A stretch of DNA of 64,000 nucleotides from Podarcis cretensis (taxonomy: Eukaryota): contig OX638155.1 of NCBI GenBank assembly GCA_951804945.1, positions 60,264,001 through 60,328,000 of the forward strand. The letters run 5' to 3'. Shown one piece after another: positions 50,368 to 63,503 of the stretch. The translations under genes were made by a program, and so were the position numbers. Each line of letters starts with the position of its first letter. Positions within the stretch are counted from its first letter, which is position 1. The notes under the pieces were generated by a model, which saw only the letters and a program-made list of their open reading frames with translations, was not told the DNA's origin and did no database searches.

Positions 50368-50545
50368 ATAATCAGAAGTAAATCACATGAGATCAGTGGG
50401 GCCTATTCCCATGTAAACAGCATAGGATTTTAAGCTAAATTCCAGGACTAACAGTACAATCCTAACCACATCTAATCAGAAGTAGGTCCCATAGAAATAA
50501 ATGGTGCTTGTTCCCAGGTAAGTGGTGATTTAGGATTCTGGCCTA
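50368..50545. repeat. Two adjacent ~85-bp hairpin repeats
   Basis: AATCAGAAGTAAATC...CCCATGTAAACAGCATAGGATT and ACAATCCTAACCACATCTAATCAGAAGTAGG...CCCAGGTAAGTG...TAGGATT. Confidence 0.6.
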
Positions 50546-51561
50546 AATCAGTGCTAAAGGAATTTGGCATTTGTTTTTAAATGAGCACCTTTCATTTCAC
50601 TCCACTACTTTCATCTCCAGAGGTTTCTTGACTGTGGGGAATCCCTCTCCTAAACTACCATGTGAAAGAACAAACGGCATTGTGGACAAGCATATCTGGA
50701 ACAAGGTATGGCCAATAAAATGGATCATAATTACAACTGGTAACTTTTGTTTTATAACCCACAGTTGCACACATGAAGAGCTAAAAGAAGGAGAATAAAA
50801 GATGTATGAGATAAAAGGAATTGTGGTGTGGGAGGTAAGCACAGAACAAAGAACCTTTCCTGGCAAAATTACCTCTCCTCATGTTTGTATTCACTTTCCT
50901 TTGCATTAATTCCTGCCAGGTCCTTTAAACATTCAGGTTTGGCAGCCAATTAGGCATTTGATCACCTTGATATTTATGCTGCCAGATGGCTGAATGGTGG
51001 TTTGCACATATCTATATAAAAATTACCCCTTTTACCACATCAAATACACATGGCAACTCCTACACCTTACTTTGATTGGTTTCTTTTTATTTCAAAATTA
51101 TAGATTCTCTCCCCCCCCCCGCCCGCTTTATTTTATTATTTTGGTATCTGACTCTTTTGTAAGTGTCATGTAACTAGAATTAATATAGGAATGAAGACAA
51201 AGTAAACCTGGAAGAGTGTGTTGTTGTTGTTTTTACTGCAACAGTTTTTAGGAACCACATATAAAGTCAGTGAATGGGGGGCAATTGGTGTTGTTTTTGT
51301 TTCATTTGCCTGACAAGAGCCAGCTTTTAAAATCACTATTGAGATGAAAATATTAAGATAAGTTACTTAAATAATTTAATTTTAAACCTTAGCATATATC
51401 ATGCTGAGGAAAATATAAATGATTTTAATCCTGAATGTATGGTTTTTATTCTATTTTTTAAGCTGCAATTTTTATAGATTTTAACATTCTGGTTGTATTT
51501 TCATTACTTTATCTGACCATATATCTGCTTTATTTATCTGATACACACACACACACACACA

Positions 51562-51799
51562 CAGTGGTACCTCGGGTTACATACACTTCAGGTTATATAC
51601 GCTTCAGGTTACAGACTCCGCTAACCCAGAAATAGTACCTCTGGTTAAGAACTTTGCTTCAGGATGAGAACAGAAATCGTGCTCTGGCGGCATGACAGCA
51701 GCAGGAGGCCCCATTAGCTAAAGTGGTGCTTCAGGTTAAGAACAGTTTCACGTTAAGAACGGACCTCCGGAACGAATTAAGTACTTAACCCGAGGTACC

Positions 51800-51803
<4 letters not shown>
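51562..51803. mobile_element. Tc1/mariner (Tigger/pogo-like) MITE, copy 2
   Basis: Perfect 18-bp TIR CAGTGGTACCTCGGGTTA / TAACCCGAGGTACCACTG, flanked by (CA)n on the left and (TG)n on the right. Confidence 0.9.
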
Positions 51804-51839
<36 letters not shown>

Positions 51840-52162
51840 TTGCATTTTAGCTTTTTACCTTGTAAATTGCTTAATGGTGTTTTTTTAAAAATATAAAGTG
51901 GTCTATACATGGATTAAATAAATAAAGGGCAGTAACCCACTAAACAGATATGTTAGAGCAACTACTTTTTGCTGCACAATGTAACTTCTATACTCTATCT
52001 TCTCACCACAGGCTTCTCCATGGACCTCCTAAATTTGCTCAGAAAGGTTGAGGGGAGCCTCCAGAGCAGATTTATGGGGCATGTGGGGAGAGAGGAGGGT
52101 ATGGAAGTTACACTGCACACAAAATTTGTTGCTTTAGTGTAACAATTTAGTTGGAGACTGCC

Positions 52163-52180
52163 ATAATAATAATAATAATA

Positions 52181-52211
<31 letters not shown>

Positions 52212-52212
52212 T
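52163..52212. repeat. (AAT)n microsatellite
   Basis: Direct reading, one AGT interruption. Confidence 0.95.
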
Positions 52213-52849
52213 AGCTACCCATCTCTCTTGCCACTCCATGTATCAACTGTCCTGAAATCCCAAGACTGGCTTCTTTTCCATTTCTGGATCATGCACAAAT
52301 ATCAGATATCCCCCAAACCTCTCATTGCCTTACCCGATCTCTTTGCTCTTATCAACACACCCATATCTGACTTTCTCCCATCCAGGTCCATCATCCTCAG
52401 GCCTCCTCCTCTCCGAAATGACTCCACTGCTCTCTCTCTCTCTTGCTGCTCCTAATGCCTAGAAAAGACTTCCATCATGCTTCTGTGTGACCAATTCCCC
52501 TATTTTCTTCCAGCCCATCCAGTGTTGACACTCTCCTTGTCACCAAACTTTACTGTAATATAAGTACACATAATTAAAATGACCCCATACTATTGTTCTT
52601 TCCCCACTTTCTCCTTCCTCTGTTGTTTCTTTTGGGTCTGCTTTTGGATCGTATGCTCCTTGGGGATAGGAGCCTAACCAGTCTGCATAGTAGTACCATG
52701 CGCAAAGATGACAAAATATAAATTATTAGTAGCAAAATTAGTGCCAATTGTATTTTACTTGAAAATGCGAATGCTACAAAAATAAGTAAAGCTGCAGTGT
52801 TTCGTTTAATGGTGTTTTCAGATCCAATGGAATAGAAGTGCAATCAGTC

Positions 52850-53046
52850 AACCTTTTTCTCCAGTGAGCTCAAGGTAGAAGACATGGTTCTTCTTCCCCT
52901 CATTTAATCCCCACAACAGCCCTGTGAGTAGGTTAGGCTGAGAAGCAGTGACTGCCCCAAGGTCACCCAGTATGTTTCAGGACTGAAGAGAGATTTGAAC
53001 CCTGGTGTCCCAAGACATGTTTCCCCACTCTAACCAGTACACTACA
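52850..53046 (-). mobile_element. MIR/CORE-like squamate SINE
   Basis: CATTTAATCCCCACAACAGCCCTGTGAGTAGG...GACTGCCCCAAGGTCACCCAG...GATTTGAACCC...ACTCTAACCAGTACACTAC (CORE plus reversed B and A boxes). Confidence 0.8.
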
Positions 53047-54230
53047 TGGATCATGGGCAATCAATACCTGACATTTCTGGTTCTGAGCAAACACAGGGTG
53101 TGTCAGAAGGAAAATGAACTGGTATTTATTCATATAGAGTATATTAGTAAATTTGTATTACTGTAACATTTCTATATGTATTTTTGTAGTATGTTTAAGT
53201 TGTCTGTTGTTGCTTCAGTTTTCTGTACACTGCTTAGAGATATTTTAACTATATTAAGCAGTATAGAAATTAAATAATCCACCATCCATCCACTTCAAAT
53301 ACAAACACAGCTTTCTTACATGCCAAAACCTTGGCCTATATCGAGGATGAAGACATGGTGTGATGAAGTCATTTGTTTACATGGCTGCAAACTGGAAAGA
53401 TCCCATTTAAAACCAATCCAAAATAGAAGCTTTCTTGTGCACAAGTTCCTCTTGCACAACCACCTATATTGCTCTTATTCTGTATCCTAATAAAAATTAC
53501 CTTAATCTGAGGGAAAGACTAGCCATTAAACTTAACAAAGACCATATGCTTTCCATTTTAGATGCATTCAACTGGTCATGAAAGTTTCCTATGAGTTGCA
53601 GGTATGGCTCTTTTTCACAAGAGTCTCTGCCCTTCTAACATTTTAGCAACATGAGCACATGAATTTAAAACATCTCAGACACCATGATGCATTTTCCCTA
53701 GCAGAAACTATAAAGAAAATTCTCATCAGATTTCCTAACAAATTTTAGAGCCGTTTCCTCTGTACATCTTTTTGTACTTCCTAGGGGTGTTTATTTTCTT
53801 CAATTATTCATGTAGGTTTCAGTGAAGCTGAATACTAATAAATTTAAGAGGTGAAACCAGAGGCCTTCACGGCTGCCTGCAGGAGGGCGAACAAAACTCT
53901 AAGCTTGCTCCAGAGTTATTAGTATTACAGAGCAATACCATACTCACATTACACAGGAACCCAACATGCACTGCTGCTATGCTGGTGGAATGACTGCCAA
54001 TTCCAATGTGAGTGCAGCCCAGGAACGGAAGGGGAAAACACACAAGTAGAAAATACAAACATGGACTGAGACCATGAGAGGCGCCCACAACAACCTTGGA
54101 AATGTCATCAAGGACAACCAATCAGGGCTGTGCTGCTGCCCCACACTCAGAGAGCCCCTCACCCAAGCACACAACCCCACATCTGACATAAATGACAATG
54201 CTTGGTCGTTCCTGCTCCAGCAGCCCTTGT

Positions 54231-55224
54231 TGTTGTTTTTTAATTATTATTATTATTATTCAATTTTCCCAATACAAAATTTATACAATTCATACATCTT
54301 TTTTATATCCGTTCTCTTTTTGACTTCCCTCAACTTGACTGATACTCCTTCCCTTCTTAATTTCTTACACATTTCTAAAACCTTACTTCCATTATTTTTA
54401 TAGATTAAGTCTTATTTTGCTCACATTCTAACATTTCTTCTTACAGAGCTTCATTAAAGCTTACAAGCGTTATTTGATTATCACTTAATTTATGCATATA
54501 CTCTGTAAACTTTTCCCAATCTTCTATAAATCTCTGATCTTGTCGGTTTCGGATCCTTCCCATCAGTCTATCAAGTTCTGCATAGTCTGTCATCTTCATT
54601 CTCCATTCGTCTAGTGTAGGTGGCTCCTCTTGCTTCCATTTCTGTGCCATCAATATTCTTGCTGCAGTCACTGCATATAAAAATAACTTCCTTTCTTTCT
54701 TATTTATCTCGTTCCCTGTAATACCAAGTAAGAACGCTGCTGGTTTCTTAACAAAAGTGTATTTAAACATTTTCTTCAATTCATTATATATCATTTCCCA
54801 AAAGCTTCTTACTTTCTTACATTCCCACCACATATGATAGAATGTACCCTCTTTTTCTTTGCATTTCCAACATTTGTTACATCCTTTGTACATCCTTGCT
54901 AACTTCACTGGTGTTACATACCATCGATACATCATTTTCATCACATTTTCTTTTATTGTTGTGCATGCAGTGAATCTTAAACCTTCTTTCCATAATTTCT
55001 CCCAATCCTCCATCTGTATATTATATTCAAAATCTTTGGCCCAGTCAATCATAACCAATTTTACCTCTTCATCCTTTGTATGCCATTCTAATAATATCTT
55101 ATACATTTTAGCCAAAACTTTAAAATCACTATTTATTATTTCTTTCTGAAATTTCGACTCTTTCTCCTCAAAGCCTCTTAATATCAGATCTTTTTTAAAC
55201 ATTTCATTGATTTGAAAATAATGC
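54231..55224 (-). mobile_element. 5'-truncated L1 of a second family (ORF2 C-terminus plus 3' UTR), 17-bp TSD
   Basis: Open frame HYFQINEMF...CWKCKEKEGTFYHMWWEC...SFNEAL* (stop at 54441) aligns with the C-terminus of ORF2 8950-12723. TSD GCTCCAGCAGCCCTTGT at 54214-54230 and 55225-55241. Confidence 0.95.
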
Positions 55225-57296
55225 GCTCCAGCAGCCCTTGTGGCACAGCCTGCAAAACCCCAAGTATTCCTTCCTGCCATCCAAATTGGTGGCCATCACT
55301 GTATCTACTTGTAGAGAACTCCAAAACTTAACTATGCCCTTTGTGAAGAAATCTTTCCAATTTCTGTCAATTAGCAATAATCACGCCTTTCAGCTTCATG
55401 TGTAGTTGTTTGGCCAGCTAGAGATACACATCTGACTTCAGCGAATATCTTTCGGCTATGTTCCTGTACCCACTCACCAGGGAGCAATCTCTCTTAAGCT
55501 CAGCGGGTCTTCTTTTGAGTAGGATTGCACTGTGAATCTGTTGGCTTTAAATATGGTTTAAGAAGCAATTGAAAAAGAGAATTGCTAATCGGCCAAGGCC
55601 AGTACGAACTTATAAAATGTAGTCCATAGAAATAGCTGCTGCTGGATTCATTGAGGGCTTCATATATAAACAAGCACATAGAAAAGCTATCATTTTCTCC
55701 CCAACCCTTTAAATACTAATCAATCCACATAAAGATCATGCAGATTAATCCACTTATCAAAGGAAGCTGCATTTACTAGTACAGTATGTACTTTATGAAT
55801 AGAAAAAGTGAAAACAAAAATCAGAATAATTTCATGGGCCCCTGTCAGAAAAGTTATATTCAGCACTTGATTTATGTGATCCATTTATAATATGGCACCC
55901 TACTGACTAAACATTGCCATTTACAACAAACGGAGAAATAATTTGTTTAGCTGTATAATCAGAGCAGAGGCCACACACAATAAAAGAAAGCATTCTGGTT
56001 CTAAAATGAATAAAAATTGATTGTGTCCCTATAAAAAGTAAATTGGCAGAGTGTTAATTGCATTTCACATAAACATCTGTAGCAGTCTGACTCGTTACTG
56101 TGCTGTAATGCAATACAGGACACTCAGGAATAAATGCATCCTTCCAGATGAGTTCATAGATATATTCTAAAAGCGCCTGATGAGATTGTAAAAATCTGAT
56201 TAGTCAGAACTGCTAATGACACTTAAAACAAAGGGAAATCTTTAAATAAAGTTATTTTGCTTTCCTTCCCTCCTGACAAATTACATGCAAATCAGCATTG
56301 ATTGAAAAATGTTGCCTTCAAGGTAATTCATACTAATGAAGAAAAAGGCCATCCAACTTCAGTAAAAAATATAATTGGCAAGTTATTCAACAATTAGTAA
56401 AGTCTACTCAGCTTTTCCCTTTGTGGTTTAATGGAATAACTATATGAATGCCTGTTTTCTCTTTGTCCCTAGGTTAAAAGCACATTCTTTTATTTATATG
56501 AATATGTATTATGTGCCACAAACACATACAGAATGATGCAGAATGGGTTCTAGGGTTCAGAAACAAACAATAAGATACAACAACAACCACAAAATAGTTT
56601 CTCCACACCAGATTTTAGGTGCCTCAGTATCACTTTGCAGAAGAACTACATTACACAGAGCTTCCATGGATTGGAGAAGTGGATTCCAAAGCTCTACTAG
56701 AGTCACCACAGAGAAGGCCCTGCAATGTGTCCCACATGTTCTTTCTTCACAGAACAGTGGCATGACTTGTCACTGAATTGTGGGGGGTCAATAGATTGTG
56801 ACTATTCCAAGTTAAATTACTACCTTCAGGCAGCCTTACAAATAATTCTGCAAAGGTTTTCGTCCACAAACATTTGTACTAGCTGCATTGCCCCTTCATA
56901 CCTATATTAGGCTACAATCGAAACCCTGGTTATCACTGAGGAGCTTGCTTGTAATTCCAAGTTTCCAGAAGCTAAACTGTGCTACCTATAGCATGCAGTC
57001 TGCAAATTTACAGATAACAGGCGAGAAATAGTAATATGTAATTATCAAGCAAGCGTTGTAAAAGTCAATGCCTGTCTTTGCACATGACATTACTACTACT
57101 GCAGCAACTACTATATTTCTTACCTGCATATGGATTATTATTATTATTATTAGGGGGACGGGACAACCAAGGACAACTGTTGGTAGAAGAAATGCAGAAA
57201 TGCTTGTTGTTAAAAAAACTTTTAAAAACCTCCCAAATGCCACCCATTCCTCCCAAATGCCCAAAAAAGTATTGCGAGACCAGCCCTATTCTACAG

Positions 57297-57484
57297 TGTG
57301 GGGTCATCCAGTGAAACTAAATGGGAAGAAGTTCAAAACAGACAAAAGGAAGTACCTATTCCCACAGCATACAGTTAAATTATGGATTTTGCTACCACAA
57401 GATGTAATGATAGCTGTCAACTTGAATACTTTTAAAAGTATGTTGAACAATTCTATAGAAGATAATGCTATCAATGGCTATTAG
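57297..57484 (+). mobile_element. CR1 ORF2 C-terminal remnant (possible 3' UTR near 57720-57795)
   Basis: GHPVKLNGKKFKTDKRKYLFPQHTVKLWILLPQDVM...FKSML...INGY* matches the CR1 C-terminal pattern GHxxKL...RKxFFxQRxVxxWNxLP. Confidence 0.8.
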
Positions 57485-60400
57485 AAATTATACTGATTTA
57501 ATTTATGAATCGCCTTCTTCATGTGCCTCAATGCAATTTACAAACATAGCACAAAAAAGAACTAAAGATAGTTTTCAAAACAATACAAAATGAACACCTA
57601 AGGCAGAGACCTTTTAATCCATGTGGGAAAACATGTTGACACCAAAATGTCTTCTTCTTCGCCTGTAGAATCTCAATAGGAATGCTGTTCCACCAACACA
57701 CAGAGACTATATATTTTTTTCAGTATCAGATGTGGTATGCCTCTGAATACCAGTTGCTGGGAACATGAGCAGGAGACTAATATTGTGCTCATGTCATACT
57801 CATATGGCAGCCTCATATGGCAGGGCTGACCATGGAAAGAACACCAAAGAAAAAGATCTGTGTTGAATTTTGAGAGTGACATCATTGTAACCTTGAACTG
57901 AGTTTGAACTTGTATTTTAATTGCATTTTATTTTTTTAACTAATTGGTTTTGCTTTAATTCATTTGTTATGCTGTTCAGCTGACTCACCAGGAGGCATTC
58001 GTGGGGGCAGATGATCCAGGGGCCAGGGAATCTGATGATCAGCAGGTTGAGACAAGCAGGAAGCAGCAAGGAAGAACCAGGAACCACAAACGTTGTTACC
58101 AGCATCTGATTGCTGCTGGAAGCTCTGCTTAAGAAGGCTGAAGCCAGCTGGTTGTCATCAGCGCCTTTTCCTCTGTGTCCTTGAAGACTGGTCAGCTGCA
58201 GGTGGGGTCACTCCGCCTTCTCCCCCTTCAGGCTGCTGTTCAGCAGTCAAAGCTGACTCCTGGCCTATGACTCAAGCTTCTGCGGAACAGGACATAAATA
58301 AGTAAATCAGTTTTATCCTCATAACAAATAGTACAAATTGAGAGTTAAGTGGAGAGATAGGGGTTAGTGTGGGACTATCCAGTGAGCACTTGGAGGGGTC
58401 AAAATATCAAACTGCCATTTCACCAATGTATGTGACAAAAATTAAATAGGATGACGAGTATGACATGCTCGTTTTGCAGTCATTTCATATGCAACTCACT
58501 ATAATGAGATCCAACTGCTCTCAAGAGTAATATCTTATTTATATTGATTTTTTTTTAAAAGTATGAACACAGAACATTAAGCATAGTTTGGTCGTAGATG
58601 AAGAACACACACTCCAAAAAACCTTGGGTGGAATTTAACACTGCATTATTACAATTTTTCCGTCAAGGCAAGCTTTTGCTTTCCAGATGGAACTCTCTTT
58701 TCTCTACTTAACCAGCTTGCTGTTCTGGGGGTTCTCTCCACCTTCCAGGGCAAATGTGCAGGGAGCCATGGTGGCAAGTCCCATTGTGCTAATGGGGTCC
58801 TTGTGCTAGCTTCTGCCAGTGCACTGGGTTTGTTGAATTGAGCCCTTTATTTAGATTTATCCCCCCCCCCCCAAAAAAAATGTTAAAGTAGTGTAGAAAA
58901 CAAAATATGGAATATGAGCAGTGCTCTTTTTTTGATAAAAAATGAAGTGCTGGAACCTTTGTATTGATAAAAGTGCCATGTGTGCCTGAACAGAATGAAT
59001 GTCATGGGCAGCAAAAGAGAGAGAGGGGGAGAGAGAGGTGCCAGTCACAAAAAGCAGCGAGTATAAGGATGTAATTTTATCTTCCTAAGTGTGTGTGTGT
59101 GTGTGTGATAGATGTATAGCATTGTTTGTGCAAATGGAAGGCAGCTTCTGCAACACTCTGGAGCTTGTTGTATCACCCCCCCCCCAAAAAAACCCCCACA
59201 ACCCTGCAAAAAAATAGGGGTCCCTACTGAGCACTCTGGAACTGCACAAGAATTGGGAAACAACCCAAAACTGGACAAAGTAACCTTGCATACAGTGGAG
59301 CTCCACTGGCAGACAATATTTCCACCAAATTTTGGGTGTTTCTCATATCTCACTACACTTCTGTGTGATAAAACCAACGCTGTCCAGATGGGCACCTGAA
59401 GAGACTTTTTTTTGGGGGGGGGGCAGGGGGCTTTAAGTGGAGAGGAGGAGCAGGAAAAGATTGTTTGCACAACTATTGATCACAACCCACAGATTATATC
59501 AGTTCATTTCTATATCCATCTATCTATCCACCTTTTCATCTATCTGCCAATATCCAGTATAGAGAAAGTAGTCATTTTCCATCTACATGTTAGAAATTGT
59601 CTGTAAGAACTGACACAGCACTTTGCCAGGGCAATAAAAGAAAGCCTGACAGCTGCAATTTCCTACAGATATGTAGAAGTCTTGTGTGATCCTCTGGGGA
59701 ATGTTTCCCTTCTATAGCCTGTGTCAGGAAAGCTCATTCACTTCTAGAAATATTGGCCTCCATTCCAGCTGCATCCACTATTTAGTATATCTACAAAACA
59801 GGCTACAGATATTAATAAGCACCAAAATAAAAATGGTATATAAATGCACTGAGTGCTTCCCCCACCTTTCCCTAGTGGTTTAGATAGATTTTCATATTTA
59901 GGTTTGTTCATTTTGTCCATTACATTCAAATTGCTTTGGAGTACAGTGCAGCATAGCGTAAAAGTTGCACGGCTGCTCTTTTACAAACCTGCCTTAAATA
60001 ACAAATTATATTAAGCCAAGCTAAGCATTGCAGTTAAAGTAGCCAGCCACTCCTCTGGGAGCGAGACCCACTGGTGCCTTGTGCTGTCTGCTGATGAGGA
60101 CTAAATATATTATCCGCATTCTCCTCAACATTCCAGTTTGAAACTTGCATGCCAGTCATTGCGCTACAAGTGAATAAACAGCTGCGGTGAGGCAGGCAGT
60201 TTGAAATCTTGAAACATCCATCAGTTCACAAACCTGACCGAAGAAGCAATTATGTATTATATGAGTCTGGTAAAAGAAAAGGAGCTCCTGTCTGCCTGTC
60301 CAATTGGAGGGACTGAGTTGGGGAAGGAGGACACATACAGCAAATAGGAGCACCCACTCTTATTTCTGAAATTATGACACAACTCTGCTAATTGAGGGGT

Positions 60401-60534
60401 TTTTTATGGTTTCTTGCATTTGTTTGGCAGTTGATGCAAAGAAATCTCAGAGAGACAATGGGCAAAACTCAACTATGGTAGTGCAGCAGCCATCTTGCTA
60501 GCGGGAGTCCTGTTCCTAGTGTAGTGCAATGGCA

Positions 60535-60630
60535 AAATCAGGTCTAGGACTTTCCCAGCGCTACCTGAAAATACCAAGAATTGAACGTGGCTGCATGCAA
60601 TGCATGTGCTGTACCACTAAGCTACAGCCC
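60535..60630 (-). mobile_element. Squam3-like SINE 5' remnant
   Basis: TTTCCCAGCGCTACCTG...ATTGAAC...TGCATGCAA...TACCACTAAGCTACAGCCC is a reversed tRNA-like head. Confidence 0.65.
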
Positions 60631-60840
60631 TTCTGCTGTTTCCCAGATAACAGATGTCCTAGAAATAAAATACCTAGTGAATGTACAAATCTATGTAAAT
60701 TGCAAGTCATCAAAAAAATTATTATGCAAAAGTTCCTGTTACTAAAAAAAAAGGGAACTCATCTCGGTCAGACTTGGAGGCACAAATGAAACAAAGAGGT
60801 AAGAGAAATAGAACTTTTAAAAATGGGAGTTTGAAAATTA

Positions 60841-61204
60841 AGGTAAAGGTAAAGGTACCCCTGCCCATACGGGCCAGTCTTGACAGACTCTGGGGTTGTG
60901 CGCCCATCTCACTTAAGAGGCCAGGGGCCAGCGCTGTCCGGAGACACTTCCGGGTCACGTGGCCAGCGTGACATCGCTGCTCTGGCGAGCCAGAGCCGCA
61001 CACGGAAACGCCGTTTACCTTCCCGCTGGTAAGCGGTCCCTATTTATCTACTTGCACCCGGAGGTGCTTTCGAACTGCTAGGTTGGCAGGCGCTGGGACC
61101 GAGCAGCGGGAGCGCACCCCGCCGCAGGGATTCGAACCGCCGACCTTTCGATCGGCAAGTCCTAGGCGCTGAGGCTTTAACCCACAGCGCCACCTGCGTC
61201 CCAT
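60841..61204 (-). mobile_element. Sauria SINE (Squam1), full length, young
   Basis: Nearly identical to 13284-13655. TSD GTTTGAAAATTA at 60829-60840 and 61205-61216. Confidence 0.95.
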
Positions 61205-62037
61205 GTTTGAAAATTAGTGGCAGTCATTTGTGCGCACACCCCTACAGCTATTGGGAGTCACAGTGTGAGAAAAGTCAAGGAAGGAATGCTTTTATGTTGT
61301 GGATAGCAAAAAAAAAAAAAAAAAGGTTCTGAGAAGAATGAGGCAGGAAGACCCCATCCCTGCAGAAATTACAACTGCCCCAGCAACTGGTTTGCAGCTG
61401 TATTCTTTTCAGTCCCTGGGATTGCAGAAAAACCTTGGATGTGTGTAGCCCAGTTCACATGCAAGTCCACCCATGGGAGGGATCATGTGGACACAAGTAG
61501 TTAGTAGAACTACTGGTGCAGGTGCATTCCAAGTGCAGCAACAGATACATAGTACTGCACCCTAATGTTGTGAACATAAATGAATGGAGGGATATGGAAC
61601 AGAACCAAGCAACTGGGGAGCAGCGAGAAATGCCGCTGTGCAGTAGACAGCTAGTTAAATTCATTTAGGTTGGGTGAAATCCTGTATCTTATCTCATTGT
61701 GCTCTCTTGCTGGACAGCTCCCCTCTTGTCCAGATCATCTTGATCTATCTTCCCCCCTGGACAGCTCCTTGGTGTCCTTGGTAAGGGTGGTAGGAGTAAG
61801 AGAAAGTATTGTATTCAACATTTTATCTCCTGGATCATATGCAGGCATAGCTCGTTGATTGTATTGTGCTTCACAGATATTCCTCCTTATGAGGACATGG
61901 GTGCAGCTGTAGACAGCCCAGCAACTTTCATGGGAAGGAAGCCCCCCCACCGCCGCCCCTATTTCTGGCCACAGAAGTGGAGCTGCTAGAGCTGGAGCTG
62001 AGTTTTTCCCCTCCTGCCCATGCAGCCTGGCTTAATA

Positions 62038-62174
62038 NNNNNNNNNNNNNNNNNNNNNNNNNNNNNNNNNNNNNNNNNNNNNNNNNNNNNNNNNNNNNNN
62101 NNNNNNNNNNNNNNNNNNNNNNNNNNNNNNNNNNNNNNNNNNNNNNNNNNNNNNNNNNNNNNNNNNNNNNNNNN
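62038..62174. other. Assembly gap (137 N)
   Basis: Run of N. Confidence 1.
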
Positions 62175-63081
62175 CATTTTTGTTAGCAGAATTTCTCTTT
62201 CCCTTTTGGAAACAGTAAACATTTCCACATTCCAGTTCAAGTTATGCATAAGAACCAGTGCCACTGGATGGAGATATTTGTCCCCATCTGTTTCAAAAAT
62301 TTTAATTTGGAATATTTATAGACTGCTAAACATTATGAAATACCATAGCAGTGTACAACAATAAAAATGCAATTTTAAAAAGCTATCTGAAATCAAACTG
62401 AATATTGCCTGGTTTTATGTTGAGCTTTAGAGTTTGTGGATCAACATCTGCCTTCCATGGGAGCTCTCCCAGGTCCTGAAGATTAAGATTGTGTTGTTCA
62501 CATATTCTTGTTGATGAGGGTTTTTCTTAAAGATGTGCCTCAGAGTTTAGGACAAAAAATGCCAAAGTTATAGATATCAATGCAACTAAAAAGGGCTCAC
62601 GCACCAAATTCTTGAAATGTATTTAATTTCCATCAGTTGCATGCATAGCAGTCACTAAGCTTCTTCTCACAGTTCATTTTCAGATTCATCTAACAACTAT
62701 AAAAAGTTTAAAAATAATTTTGAAGTTAATTTTTAGTCGTACAGATTTATGTGGTCTAGACCAGCTGGATCTCACTAGTATTTGTCATCAGTGTTCAGAA
62801 GGCCACAACTGGGAGATATTTGGCAAAGATCCATATTTTTGTGTATTCTGCTCTGCCTTAACAATGAATAGCAGCCATCATAATTTCACAAGTACAACAG
62901 GCACAAACAACAAATTAGACGGGTTATCAGCCACATGCTTCACGTTTAGTTCAAAGCAAGAAACACATGAAGTTTCCTTTCATTTCTTGCAGGGGGTATA
63001 CAAATCAGAAATAATTATGCCGCCTGACTTTATATATGTTGTTTTAACAAATAATACTTGTTCTCATGGAAGACAGCCCAT

Positions 63082-63503
63082 GTTGTTGTTTAGTCGTTTA
63101 GTCGTGTCCGACTCTTCGTGACCCCATGGACCAGAGCACGCCAGGCACTCCTGTCTTCCACGGCCTCCCGCAGTTTGGTCAAACTCATGCTGGTAGCTTC
63201 GAGAACACTGTCCAACCATCTCGTCCTCTGCTGCCCCCTTCTCCTTGTGCCCTCAGTCTTTCCCAACATTAGGGTCTTTTCCAGGGAGTCTTCTCTTCTC
63301 ATGAGATGGCCAAAGTGAGGAGCCTCAGCTTCAGGATCTGTCCTTCCAGTGAGCACTCAGGGCTGATTTCCTTCAGAATGCATAGGTTTGATCTTCTTGC
63401 AGTCTATGGGACTCTCAAGAGTCTCCTCCAGCACCATAATTCAAAAGCATCTATTCTTCGGCGATCAGCCTTCTTTATGGTCCAGCTCTCACTTCCATAC
63501 ATC
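63082..63503 (-). mobile_element. 5'-truncated Bov-B LINE with 11-bp TSD
   Basis: FGHLMRREDSLEKTLMLGKTEGTRRRGQQRTRWLD...HGVTKSRTRLND*, (CAA)n tail. TSD AGACAGCCCAT at 63071-63081 and 63504-63514. Confidence 0.95.

Noticed and set aside
54441-55280. 279-aa ORF as a stand-alone gene
   Set aside because: The first ~19 codons come from flank and TSD, fused by chance to a truncated L1 ORF2. There is no promoter or splice evidence.
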